From: Chlamydiota bacterium
Lineage (GTDB): Bacteria > Chlamydiota > Chlamydiia > Chlamydiales > Parachlamydiaceae
Direction of reading: 5' to 3'
DNA length: 64,000 nucleotides
Assembly (NCBI GenBank): GCA_013285965.1
Contig: JABDGQ010000002.1
Span: forward strand, 63,454-127,453
Below the pieces are notes generated by a model. It did no database searches, was not told where the DNA came from, and saw only the letters and a program-made list of their open reading frames with translations. The translations under genes were made by a program, and so were the position numbers. Of this stretch, positions 45,919-55,491 are shown piece after piece (position 1 is the stretch's first letter; each line of letters starts with the position of its first letter).

Positions 45919-47865
45919 CTAATGTGGTATATCACTAATAATCGCTGGTTGCCATATGGTTCGCAAAGCATTCAAAATAGCTAATACATCAATTATTTCT
46001 TGGCAAATAGCGCCAGCAACAGGTGGTAAATACCCAAAGGCTGCGATTAGCATTCCAATCAATGAAAGAGTCATGCCACCAATAGCACTTTGCAGTGCAA
46101 TGCGCCGCATTCGTTGACTAATATGCAAAAATTCATCTACTTTTTGTAATGAGCTTTCCATGATCACAGCACCAGCAGCTTCAGCTGTAATATCGCTATG
46201 TCTACCAAAAGCAATACCAACAGTGGCACAAAGCAAAGCTGGCGCATCGTTAATTCCATCACCTAAATAAGCTGTTTTAGCTTTTTGTGTTTCCTCAGAG
46301 ACAATCTCTACTTTTTCTTCCGGACTCTTGCTAGCATAAACTTCTTTTATACCGACAAAATTGGCTAGATAGTAAACTTCTTCTGGGCGATCGCCAGAAA
46401 CGATCATAATTTTTTTTATTCCATGTTGTGGAAGTAAATGGTGTATGAACTGTTCACTATCGCGACGAGGTTCATCGCGAAAGCGATAATGTGCGGCTAA
46501 TTGCTGGTCAATGACGATAAAACATTCTAAGCCGGTCCCTTGCGATAAATCTTGCTTTGTCCATTTTAAATCAAATTTAGCTAAATGTTTGCGACTGGTG
46601 ATAAGGATTTCATATCCACTAACTGTCCCTTGTAAGCCTATCCCTTTTGTTTCATGTATTTTTTTAGCTTGCAGCAAATCGATTTTTTCAGCCATCGCCT
46701 TTTCTAGAATAGCACTAGCCAAGGGGTGTTTTGAATATCTTTCTATACTTGCCACCAGCCTTAGAATTTCTTGCGCGGAATGTTGATGATAAACAGTTTG
46801 TTCAGTGAGTATTGGTTTGCCATAAGTGAGGGTGCCCGTTTTATCAAAAATCATGGTTTGGCATTGGTCAATTTGTTCAAGGACGATGGGGTCTTTAATC
46901 AAAATGCCGCGCCGTGCACATAGTGAAATGGAGCCAATGATAGCTACAGGTATGGCTATTAAAAGAGGACAGGGGGTAGCAATTACAAGGACAGCTAAAA
47001 AACGGATGGCCTGAGCACTGCAGAGCCAGGCCAACAGCGCAATCATAATAGCAAAGGGGGTGTACCACATCCCTAACTGATCAGCTAAACGGCGCATAGA
47101 AGGGCGTTTTTGAGCGGATTCAGAAACAACTTGCATAATTTTGGCATAACGTGAGTGTTGTGCCAATTTAGTTGCTTTAATCGTCAATAAGGCATCGCCA
47201 TTAATTGCACCTGAAAGTACATTTGAGCCAGGGGCTTTGGAGATTAGAAATGGTTCGCCAGTCAAATATGACTCATCCATTACACCATGCCCTTCAATTA
47301 CCTCACCATCAATTGGGCAGATTTCGTGTGGGAAAACTAAAATTATATCACCAATAGCAATTGTCTCCACTGCGATATCCAAAATATTTTCGTTCTGAAT
47401 TTGGCTATTTTTGCGATGCGCAATAGTGGGCGCCCGTTTGGCAAGGGCTGCCAGCATCCGCGAAGCACTACCAATAGCATAACTTTCTAAACTGGCTCCA
47501 CTTGAAAGCATTAAAATAACCAGACAGCCGGCTAAATATTCTCCCAGAATGATTGCAGTGATAATGGACAATCCTGCCAGCAAATCGGCCCCAAATTCCC
47601 TGACTAATAATTTGCGTGATAGATCAAAAATAATAATCGTTCCACCGATAAGCAAAGTTACATAGAGTGGTAAGGTGGCAAAATTTTGAAAATTAGTGAT
47701 TAAATAGTTAAATATTAAATATATAACAATGCAAATAGCCGCTAAAATAGCTATATAAACTTCTGTCCCGAAGGCCGTTGCTGATTTTTTGTTATCGTTT
47801 AATAGCATAAGTTCTAAATTAAAACATTTTTTTAATAAATGGCATGATATTTGCATCAAGTGCAC
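45919..47865 (-). CDS. Heavy-metal-translocating P1B-type ATPase lacking an N-terminal metal-binding domain
   Basis: FDKTGTLT phosphorylation site, TGEP, GDGINDAPAL, and a transmembrane TPC motif (VIATPCPLLIAIP) where CPC or SPC is usual. An alternative start at 47808 (MLLNDNKK) is possible. Confidence 0.9.
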   Translation of the reverse strand: MHLMQISCHLLKKCFNLELMLLNDNKKSATAFGTEVYIAILAAICIVIYLIFNYLITNFQNFATLPLYVTLLIGGTIIIFDLSRKLLVREFGADLLAGLSIITAIILGEYLAGCLVILMLSSGASLESYAIGSASRMLAALAKRAPTIAHRKNSQIQNENILDIAVETIAIGDIILVFPHEICPIDGEVIEGHGVMDESYLTGEPFLISKAPGSNVLSGAINGDALLTIKATKLAQHSRYAKIMQVVSESAQKRPSMRRLADQLGMWYTPFAIMIALLAWLCSAQAIRFLAVLVIATPCPLLIAIPVAIIGSISLCARRGILIKDPIVLEQIDQCQTMIFDKTGTLTYGKPILTEQTVYHQHSAQEILRLVASIERYSKHPLASAILEKAMAEKIDLLQAKKIHETKGIGLQGTVSGYEILITSRKHLAKFDLKWTKQDLSQGTGLECFIVIDQQLAAHYRFRDEPRRDSEQFIHHLLPQHGIKKIMIVSGDRPEEVYYLANFVGIKEVYASKSPEEKVEIVSEETQKAKTAYLGDGINDAPALLCATVGIAFGRHSDITAEAAGAVIMESSLQKVDEFLHISQRMRRIALQSAIGGMTLSLIGMLIAAFGYLPPVAGAICQEIIDVLAILNALRTIWQPAIISDIPH

Positions 47866-47886
47866 TGATTAAATGGGAGGTCATTT

Positions 47887-49284
47887 ATGGAACACTCTAC
47901 CAACATGAACCAGACTGAGATAAACTTTGATCATTTTCAATTACATGCTTGTTTGCCTTTTGTAGAATTAGCGGATCAAGCACGTGTTCAGTTAGGGCCA
48001 GTTTTATTTTGGCCCGCTTCTAAATCACATGAATTTTTAAATGAGCGCGAAAATGCCACTTTTAAAGAATACATGGAGGCGATTAGAGAAATCCGCGCTA
48101 ATGGCACTGATTCTAGTATTGCAACTGGTACTCTTAATTTGCAACAAACCACCTGTATTTCTATTGACAAGAGTATCCCAGTGCAATCGCGTGAATTCGT
48201 CCTGATTGATGCCCTTTATCTTCTCTATTTTGCATGTAGTTTTCGCAATCTTTATTATGGAAATGAAGTACCTTCTTTTCACTCTTTTCGCAAGTTAATT
48301 CCAGCTTCTGTAGATTTTATTGAAGATAAAACGCAATGGCATAGCTTACACATTAATGAGGTCGATCGGGAACAAACCATATGCATTCATTTAATTGATC
48401 AGGAGCTATGCAATGCATTAGGAGAGGCACTACATTCTTCTTATCTATTAGTCGAACAAACAGCACAAGTACAATATTATAAACGGCTTGTTAGGGCCAT
48501 TCGCTATGTAGTTGATCGTTTTTTCCAACGTTTCACGAATCTTTTTGTCCAAGGCTTGCATTTTTCTGATCAAATTTTTAAACCAGAAGATTTTATATTT
48601 TTAGCCTCAGCCTTTGAAACCTTGTTTAATATTAATGAAAAGCAGGCAGCATCTGACTTTAAATATAAATTGCGCCAACTACTGCAATTAAAATATGATA
48701 AACAGTTAGAACTTTTTTGGAAATGGGTCGATGATTTCTATGCGGTCAAGCAAAAATTAACTTGTGGCGATACCTTTATTGATCCCATATTTAGATTTAA
48801 TCCTAATTTTGAAATTTCGCACATTTTGTTAGGAATTAAAGTTTTCATTTATTCTGTTTGCACCAGCTTAGCCAAACATCATTTAATTGTACCGATTCAT
48901 GAAGATGCCTACACACCGCCAGATTTCCGTTGGATTCACCCTGATGAATTATTACTATTCTTTTGGTCAGAAACAAATATTCTGCACAAACTCAATCTTT
49001 TTATTAAGCAATTGATTAACGAGGATTATCAAGAGGAACTTGATGCGGATGTACATTTTTTAACTCATTTATTTGTCTACATTTATGATAATTACTATCC
49101 TAATTACGAGGTACGTGGCATTCGCTTTATTCCAGCATCGCAAGCTGATTTTGCTGCTGATGGTCGGCATATCATTGAAAGATGTCGCCAACAGCAACAG
49201 CTTGATCCAGACTGTAAATTACTTAAAATCATACACCCCTCATTTCTTGAGGTATTGGAAAAACGTTTGAATACCACCCATTGA
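47887..49284 (+). CDS. Orphan 465-aa cytoplasmic protein
   Basis: Strong SD (GGGAGG at 47875-47880, 6 nt before the ATG). No recognisable catalytic motif and no hydrophobic segments. Confidence 0.65.
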   Translation: MEHSTNMNQTEINFDHFQLHACLPFVELADQARVQLGPVLFWPASKSHEFLNERENATFKEYMEAIREIRANGTDSSIATGTLNLQQTTCISIDKSIPVQSREFVLIDALYLLYFACSFRNLYYGNEVPSFHSFRKLIPASVDFIEDKTQWHSLHINEVDREQTICIHLIDQELCNALGEALHSSYLLVEQTAQVQYYKRLVRAIRYVVDRFFQRFTNLFVQGLHFSDQIFKPEDFIFLASAFETLFNINEKQAASDFKYKLRQLLQLKYDKQLELFWKWVDDFYAVKQKLTCGDTFIDPIFRFNPNFEISHILLGIKVFIYSVCTSLAKHHLIVPIHEDAYTPPDFRWIHPDELLLFFWSETNILHKLNLFIKQLINEDYQEELDADVHFLTHLFVYIYDNYYPNYEVRGIRFIPASQADFAADGRHIIERCRQQQQLDPDCKLLKIIHPSFLEVLEKRLNTTH

Positions 49285-49308
49285 CTTGAAATAATTGGTC
49301 CATATTAT

Positions 49309-49348
49309 AAATACCAGTATCTATTTTTATGAATGGATGCTGGTATTT
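49309..49348 (+). terminator. Hairpin after the 49284 stop
   Basis: aaataccagtatc (49309-49321) pairs with gatgctggtattt (49336-49348) over 13 bp with one mismatch. The downstream T run is weak. Confidence 0.4.
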
Positions 49349-49373
49349 ATTTAAACAAAAAATAGGTAAGCAT

Positions 49374-49658
49374 ATGAAAAAGCAGATCACACATATTTCT
49401 ATTCATCAAACTAGTAAAATCATCGCCGCCGCGCATGCCATTTTAACGGTGTTGTTTTTCGTTTTACCAGCGGCATTAGGATTTTTATTCCAGGGTCATA
49501 TTATTAGCGCGCTGAGCATGCTAGTGCTCTCTCCTTTCATAATCTGGCTGCTTTTTTATGTTGGTTATGTGGTGGTGTTTTGGTTATACAATTTACTAAT
49601 ACCATACACGGGCGGAATTGAATTGACACTAGAGTCCACGCAGATAGAGCATGAATAG
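49374..49658 (+). CDS. Small membrane protein (three predicted TM segments)
   Basis: Starts at MKKQITH (ATG at 49374). The track ORF 5' extension covers the upstream hairpin. Confidence 0.5.
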   Translation: MKKQITHISIHQTSKIIAAAHAILTVLFFVLPAALGFLFQGHIISALSMLVLSPFIIWLLFYVGYVVVFWLYNLLIPYTGGIELTLESTQIEHE

Positions 49659-49756
49659 TCGTTGACTTGGCAAAGAGCTCTATGAGAGAATGTATGTATC
49701 GACCCAAAATTCAGGTTAGTAAATCCAGATTTTAAAACTCTTAGGAATGAAAAGTT

Positions 49757-51259
49757 ATGTCAGTTCGCGTTCGCATTGCACCATCTCCAACTGGTGATCC
49801 ACATGTTGGTACGGCTTATATGGCACTGTTTAATTTAGTATTTGCACGCCACTATCAGGGTAAGTTTATTTTACGCATTGAGGACACCGATCAAACTCGT
49901 AGCCGCAGCGAATATGAAAACAATATTTATGAGGCTTTGCATTGGTGCAATATTCAGTGGGATGAGGGTCCTGATATTGGCGGACCCTACGGGCCGTATC
50001 GCCAATCAGAGCGCTTTCACATTTATAAAGAATATGCCGATATGTTGGTGCATAAGGAAAAAGCATATGAGTGCTTTTGTACTGCCCACGAACTTGACCA
50101 GATGCGCGAAAGCGCATCTAAAACTGGTAAGCAAGGTTATGATGGGAGATGTCGTCATTTAACTGCGCATGCTGTAGAGGAGCGCAAAAAACTTGGCATG
50201 CCATATGTTGTGCGTCTTAAAGTCCCCACAGAAGGTGAATGTGTTTACGATGATGCTATTAAAGGTAGAATAACCTTCCCCTGGGCCGATATTGATGATC
50301 AGGTATTATTGAAATCAGATGGCTTTCCCACCTATCACTTAGCAAATGTCGTCGATGATCATTTGATGAAAATTACCCATGTTATTCGTGGCGATGAGTG
50401 GATGAGCTCGACCCCTAAACATGTTTTACTCTACGAATCTTTTGGTTGGGAGCAACCTATTTTTATGCATATGCCATTGTTATTAGGGCGTGATGGTAAA
50501 AAACTCTCTAAACGGAGAAACCCGACTTCGATCTTTTTTTATCGCGACAGCGGTTACTTACCACAAGCTTTTTTAAATTTTTTAAGTTTAATGGGCTACA
50601 GTATGCCGCAAGATAGAGAGATTTATAGCATAGATGAGCTAATCAAAGAGTTTGATTATAAACGCATTGGTGTTTCAGGAGCGGTGTTTGATGTACAAAA
50701 ATTGGATTGGATTAATCAACAATATTTAATTAAAAACATTCCGGCCAATATGCTTTGGACGCGCATTAAAGAATGGAGCTTTAATGATGCTTTCATGGAA
50801 AAGCTAATGCCTTTATGCCACCCGCGCATTAAAACTTTTGGCGATTTTATGGATTTGTTTGATTTTCTTTTTATCAACCATATTCGTTACAGTTCGTCCC
50901 TTTTTGAGATCAAAGAACTTAACAATGAAAGTGCCAGTTGTTTGTTGCAAGCCATTATTTGGCGTTTAGATGAGTTGGAGAATTGGGGTGGTACAGCGCT
51001 CTATGAAGCTTCGCTCAATGTTGCGCAAAAATGTGGCATGCATCATAAAAAACAACTAATGCCGCTACTTTTTGCAAGTATTATGGGAAAAACACAAGGG
51101 CCTCCTTTATTTGATTCTGTCGATCTGCTTGGCAAAGATCGCCTAAGGGCACGCTTTTTAAAGACTATCGAATTTTTAGGTGGTATTAGCAACAAGCGCA
51201 TGCGTGAGCTGAAAAAAGGGTGGGACGAGGGCAAAGATATACCATTGCTGCATGGTTAA
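49757..51259 (+). CDS. gltX: Glutamyl-tRNA synthetase
   Basis: RIAPSPTGDPHVGTAY (HIGH region), KLSKR (KMSKS equivalent) and a Cys cluster CFC..C. Confidence 0.95.
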   Translation: MSVRVRIAPSPTGDPHVGTAYMALFNLVFARHYQGKFILRIEDTDQTRSRSEYENNIYEALHWCNIQWDEGPDIGGPYGPYRQSERFHIYKEYADMLVHKEKAYECFCTAHELDQMRESASKTGKQGYDGRCRHLTAHAVEERKKLGMPYVVRLKVPTEGECVYDDAIKGRITFPWADIDDQVLLKSDGFPTYHLANVVDDHLMKITHVIRGDEWMSSTPKHVLLYESFGWEQPIFMHMPLLLGRDGKKLSKRRNPTSIFFYRDSGYLPQAFLNFLSLMGYSMPQDREIYSIDELIKEFDYKRIGVSGAVFDVQKLDWINQQYLIKNIPANMLWTRIKEWSFNDAFMEKLMPLCHPRIKTFGDFMDLFDFLFINHIRYSSSLFEIKELNNESASCLLQAIIWRLDELENWGGTALYEASLNVAQKCGMHHKKQLMPLLFASIMGKTQGPPLFDSVDLLGKDRLRARFLKTIEFLGGISNKRMRELKKGWDEGKDIPLLHG

Positions 51260-51878
51260 TGTGGAAGAGCTGCTAACCTATATTTGCCAACATGCTGAGT
51301 ATGCCCATTATTTTATTTTTGGGCTGCTCATATTATCTGGTTTAAATATACCGATTAGTGAAGATATTCTTATAATCGGTGGTGGGCTTATTGCCAGTAC
51401 CTGCATTCCTGACCATGCCATCCGTTTATATTTGTGGTTATTTGCAGCTGTATTTATTGCCGATTCTGAAAGTTATTGGATAGGTCGCATACTTGGCCCA
51501 AAATTATTTAATTTTAAATTCTTTCGAGATGTCTTAACACCAAAAAGGATGCAACTATTGCGCCGTTATTATGCTAAATATGGCGTTTTTACTTTTATAG
51601 TTGGTCGCTTTTTCCCTGGCGGTGTCCGCTTTGCTTTATTCACTTCAGCGGGACTCTCTAAAATGGCCTACCCTCTTTTTTTGTTGCGTGATTTTTGTGC
51701 TGCTCTTATTTCTACTTTTTCTTTTTTTATGCTGGGTTATCATTTTGGCAAAAATTTTGATAATATTGCACACTATGTGCATCTATATAAAGAATGGTTG
51801 TTGGTGATTATTAGTATAGTTTCGACTATCATTTTATATTATTTTTGGTCTGGACGCTGTGCTAAAAATAAACACTAA
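51252..51878 (+). CDS. DedA/VTT-domain family membrane protein
   Basis: Typical DedA core: PISEDILIIGGG, YWIGRILG and FIVGRFFPGGVRFALFTSAG. It overlaps the gltX stop by 8 nt. Confidence 0.8.
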   Translation: MVNVEELLTYICQHAEYAHYFIFGLLILSGLNIPISEDILIIGGGLIASTCIPDHAIRLYLWLFAAVFIADSESYWIGRILGPKLFNFKFFRDVLTPKRMQLLRRYYAKYGVFTFIVGRFFPGGVRFALFTSAGLSKMAYPLFLLRDFCAALISTFSFFMLGYHFGKNFDNIAHYVHLYKEWLLVIISIVSTIILYYFWSGRCAKNKH

Positions 51879-51997
51879 GATAAATATGTGGTGATTAAAA
51901 TGCGTGCGCGTTAAAATAATTGATGAAAATTTAAAATACAATTAGCGACTCAGTTGAGTCCTAAATTAGTTTTTCAATCTCTTTTTTTGTTATTTCC

Positions 51998-52504
51998 ATG
52001 TTTTTCACTTTTTCCAATCTACTTTCGTTTATTCGTGGACCGCTGGCATTGCTTTTCCTAATTGATAATATATATTATCGCTTATTGGCTATAGTGCTTG
52101 CCATGGCGACAGATTGTTTGGATGGTTATTTGGCTCGGCGCTATCATAAAACCAGCTCATTAGGGGTTGTTTTAGATCCACTAATGGATAAATTTTTTGT
52201 TTGTTTTGCTGTTACTATTTTAGTTTATGAACATAAAATGGTGCTTTGGGAGATGTTAGCGTTGCTTTCGCGTGATTTTGCTATATTATTATTTGGTTTT
52301 TATTTATTAGTGCGCGGGGCCTGGTCTAGCTTTAAGTTTCGTTCTATTTGGTGTGGTAAAGTAACTACAACTTTGCAATTTTGTGTGTTAATTGCGGCTA
52401 TTTTTCATTTGCACATACCAGCATCAATCTACGGGTGCTTTGTGGTTTTAGGGATCTTAGCGTTGGGAGAGCTCTGTTTGATTGAGCGGCAATTGGTGCG
52501 CTGA
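51998..52504 (+). CDS. CDP-alcohol phosphatidyltransferase family protein (PgsA-like)
   Basis: Complete motif DCLDGYLARRYHKTSSLGVVLDPLMDK, which is D-x2-DG-x2-AR-x8-G-x3-D-x3-D. Confidence 0.75.
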   Translation: MFFTFSNLLSFIRGPLALLFLIDNIYYRLLAIVLAMATDCLDGYLARRYHKTSSLGVVLDPLMDKFFVCFAVTILVYEHKMVLWEMLALLSRDFAILLFGFYLLVRGAWSSFKFRSIWCGKVTTTLQFCVLIAAIFHLHIPASIYGCFVVLGILALGELCLIERQLVR

Positions 52505-52592
52505 GATTATGTCTCTTATGTGTCACAATTTTAATCAAAAATTAATTAAATATTAATTACACTCTAATATTATTTATAATACATCAATTGTT

Positions 52593-52622
52593 TTGACAAA
52601 CAAATAAATTGTTTGCTACTAT
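52593..52622 (+). promoter_or_regulatory. Candidate sigma-70/66 promoter for the AAA ATPase gene
   Basis: TTGACA (52593-52598), an 18-nt spacer and TACTAT (52617-52622), about 65 nt upstream of the ATG at 52689. Confidence 0.35.
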
Positions 52623-52688
52623 TTCAAATCATATCGTGTTTATAAAAATAATAATAAATAAATTTTAGAAAATTTTGAGGTAATTTTT

Positions 52689-53942
52689 ATGTCGTTAACA
52701 CCATTGTCCTCTGCCAGCGAATGTGCAAAATACATTCACGATAATTATAATGCCGGCAATTGTATCACTGCCCGTATTGCCACGTTAGTCATTCCATATT
52801 TTGAGTTAAAATCAGCTGTTAGTGATACTTCAGAGGTGATTTTTAAAGGTTCATTATCTCTTTTAAATCTCTCTTTTTCACTGTTTGCGGAAGCTTCTTA
52901 TCCACCCGTTTCAGACGATTTTAAAGAATTGGCCGATCTTTTTCCGAGTTTTGGCAGAACTGTTTATCTTATTTGTGAGATTGCCGTTAACATTTTATTT
53001 ACATTCTCCGGAGTGCTATTAGCCAATATTGATCCTTCTATTTTGTATAACGTTCACACTTATTTAGATGAAATAAAAACTAGTTTTTATAAAAACGAAG
53101 AGGATGCTAGTGTAGTATCGAAAACAAGCGAGCTATTGCGCGGTAATTTAGATGATGTGATCGGCTTAGACGATATTAAAGAATCTTTTAAGTTGATTGT
53201 AGAGCAATATATGCCTGAGAATCAAGAACTTGTAAAAAAACTTGGTGTTTGCTTGCCCAATGGTATTTTGTTACATGGAAGTCCTGGTTGCGGAAAAACA
53301 TTTATAATAGAAAAATTTGTCGCTGAGATTCAGGGTAGAATAGGAAAGCCAGTTTTTTTTAAAAGGTATGTTGCCGAAGATGGTAGTGCTTATCTACATC
53401 AAACGGCACAAGGGGTGGCTAAATTATTTAAGGATGCTGCAGAGGCTGCTTTACAAAACAACGCACCTTCCATTATTTTTATCGACGAGATTGATACTAT
53501 TTTGCCAAAAAGAGATGGATTGGGTAATCAAGCCCAGGATAGCGCTCGGAAAGAGGATTTAGGTACCTTTTTGCGGCTACTAAATAACGCCGGGCAAAAA
53601 AATATCTTAGTTGTTGCGGCTACTAACGATTTTGAAAGTTTAGATGAGGCATTAGTGCGTCCAGGTCGTATGGATAGAGTTTTCCATATTAGAACGCCTT
53701 CTAAGCAAACATTGATGAATCAATTTGAAGCTCAATTTAAAAAACTAACACAAAATATTGCAAAAGCACAAAATTTGTCATTTAATAAACTTTGCGTAGC
53801 ATTGAATGAAAAAAATGCCACCATGAGCGCTGTTCCAGCGTTAGTGTCTATAATAGCGGATAAAATGTTTGCCCTACAATTGAAAAATCGTGAGCAAACG
53901 ATTATTTTGACGCAAAGTATATTAGATAATATTCAATTCTAA
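52689..53942 (+). CDS. Classical-clade AAA+ ATPase with a unique N-terminal domain containing a hydrophobic segment
   Basis: Walker A GSPGCGKT, Walker B IIFIDEID, ATN sensor-1 and the SRH VRPGRMDR. The first ~170 aa have no known motif and include TVYLICEIAVNILFTFSGVLLANI. Confidence 0.8.
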   Translation: MSLTPLSSASECAKYIHDNYNAGNCITARIATLVIPYFELKSAVSDTSEVIFKGSLSLLNLSFSLFAEASYPPVSDDFKELADLFPSFGRTVYLICEIAVNILFTFSGVLLANIDPSILYNVHTYLDEIKTSFYKNEEDASVVSKTSELLRGNLDDVIGLDDIKESFKLIVEQYMPENQELVKKLGVCLPNGILLHGSPGCGKTFIIEKFVAEIQGRIGKPVFFKRYVAEDGSAYLHQTAQGVAKLFKDAAEAALQNNAPSIIFIDEIDTILPKRDGLGNQAQDSARKEDLGTFLRLLNNAGQKNILVVAATNDFESLDEALVRPGRMDRVFHIRTPSKQTLMNQFEAQFKKLTQNIAKAQNLSFNKLCVALNEKNATMSAVPALVSIIADKMFALQLKNREQTIILTQSILDNIQF

Positions 53943-53961
53943 AAACTAAAAACGGATCTTT

Positions 53962-55491
53962 TTAAAGACAATTGAATGTGTTGGTTAAAATAAATTCTGT
54001 TTGTAAGTAGGAAAAAGCCGCCGCCAAATGCTGGATAACATCACTGGCCATTAAACCATATGATGTTCCGCGCTCAAGGGCGGCATATTCACCAGCTAAG
54101 CCATGCAAATACACTCCCGTAGTAGCAGCCTTATGCGCATTTAATTTCTGTGCCAATAAAGCTGCTAATACGCCCGTTAATACGTCTCCACAACCAGCTG
54201 TGGCCATGCCTGGATCACCACGGGAGCTTACCAAAATAGGTTTATCGGCTGCAAAAATAAAAGTGGGGGCACCTTTTAATATAAGCACAATTTTTTGCGC
54301 TTGTGCATATTCTTGGCAGGTTTGCAACATATATGCATCTAAAGAAAATGTATTTGTTTGCAACAAGTTTTGCATCTCACCATGGTGTGGGGTGAAAATG
54401 GTTTGCGCTGGCAAATGGAAGGGCTGCTTGGAAAAAATGGCCAGGGCATCGGCATCGATCACACACGGTTTTTCCAATTGTGGCATTATTTGTTGCAGCA
54501 TATTAGACAACTCATTTGTTTTGCTCAAGCCTGGCCCAATAAAAGTAGCGGCCGCTTTATTTAGACAAGTAGTGAGTGTTTCTAGCGCATCACTTTGATA
54601 TGATACTTTTATTAATTCGTAGGGGCTAGCTGCTAATTGCGCTTCCATCCCTTGTGGGTGAAGCAATTTAACAAGGCCACTGCCAGAGCGAAAAGCAGCA
54701 AGTGCAGCTAAAAGGGCCGCGCCAGGCATTTGTGGTGAGCCGGCCCAACCTGTTACCATGCCGGCTTGATATTTATGACGATTGCGTACCATGGGAGGTA
54801 AATATGAGGCTGCCAGGTGAGTGTCAATAAGTTCGATCTGCATCTTGCTATGCGTTATCAATGTTTCTGGCAAGCCAAATTTTACTTGGCGTAGTTGTCC
54901 GGTAACGTTCCAGCCATTTTGCAAAAAGCAACCTAATTTGGGAAGCTCCAAAAATAAAGTTTCCGTGGCTTGAATACATACTGAGGATTGCTCGCCACTT
55001 GTCCCATTTAAACCTGATGCAATATCGATAGCTAAAATGGGCAAACCACTCTTGTTGGCCATTGAAACTAATTGTGCATAGGATGGATTTAACTCCCCAT
55101 GAAAACCGGTACCAAATAGACCATCGATGATTATCCCTTCACTATTTTCAAAATCAGCGACAGATTGTATTTTGCCACCATTCTCTAAAAATAGCTGTGC
55201 ATTGCGCTGACAAAGAGGCGAACAAAGCTTGATTTCTTCAATTAGGATGGCGCGTACCTGACAATCTTTTGCCAATAAATGCCGACCAGCCACAAAAGCA
55301 TCGCCTCCATTATTTCCTTTGCCACATAAAAGCCATACTGTGCGTGCTAAATTATGGCTTGTGATAAAATTAACTGCAGCCACTGCAATGCCATGACCAG
55401 CATTTTCCATAAAATTTACTTCGCAACAGCCAAGCTTATAAGCTTCTTTTTCAATAGCGGCCATCTCTGTAGCTGAGACAATTTTTGTCAT
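53962..55491 (-). CDS. nnr: Bifunctional NAD(P)H-hydrate repair enzyme (epimerase + ADP-dependent dehydratase)
   Basis: N-terminal YjeF_N block (CGKGNNGGDAFV) and a C-terminal carbohydrate-kinase-like dehydratase (GPGL, GDVLTGVLAALLAQ). Confidence 0.85.
   Translation of the reverse strand: MTKIVSATEMAAIEKEAYKLGCCEVNFMENAGHGIAVAAVNFITSHNLARTVWLLCGKGNNGGDAFVAGRHLLAKDCQVRAILIEEIKLCSPLCQRNAQLFLENGGKIQSVADFENSEGIIIDGLFGTGFHGELNPSYAQLVSMANKSGLPILAIDIASGLNGTSGEQSSVCIQATETLFLELPKLGCFLQNGWNVTGQLRQVKFGLPETLITHSKMQIELIDTHLAASYLPPMVRNRHKYQAGMVTGWAGSPQMPGAALLAALAAFRSGSGLVKLLHPQGMEAQLAASPYELIKVSYQSDALETLTTCLNKAAATFIGPGLSKTNELSNMLQQIMPQLEKPCVIDADALAIFSKQPFHLPAQTIFTPHHGEMQNLLQTNTFSLDAYMLQTCQEYAQAQKIVLILKGAPTFIFAADKPILVSSRGDPGMATAGCGDVLTGVLAALLAQKLNAHKAATTGVYLHGLAGEYAALERGTSYGLMASDVIQHLAAAFSYLQTEFILTNTFNCL

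Noticed and set aside
48600-48790. Weak resemblance of the orphan 465-aa protein (LASAFETLF....FYAVKQKLTCGD) to the helical layout of HEPN/Abi-type defence domains.
   Set aside because: The defining R-x4-6-H motif is not present; K and C occupy those positions. There is no partner toxin or nuclease gene. Resemblance judged by eye is not evidence.
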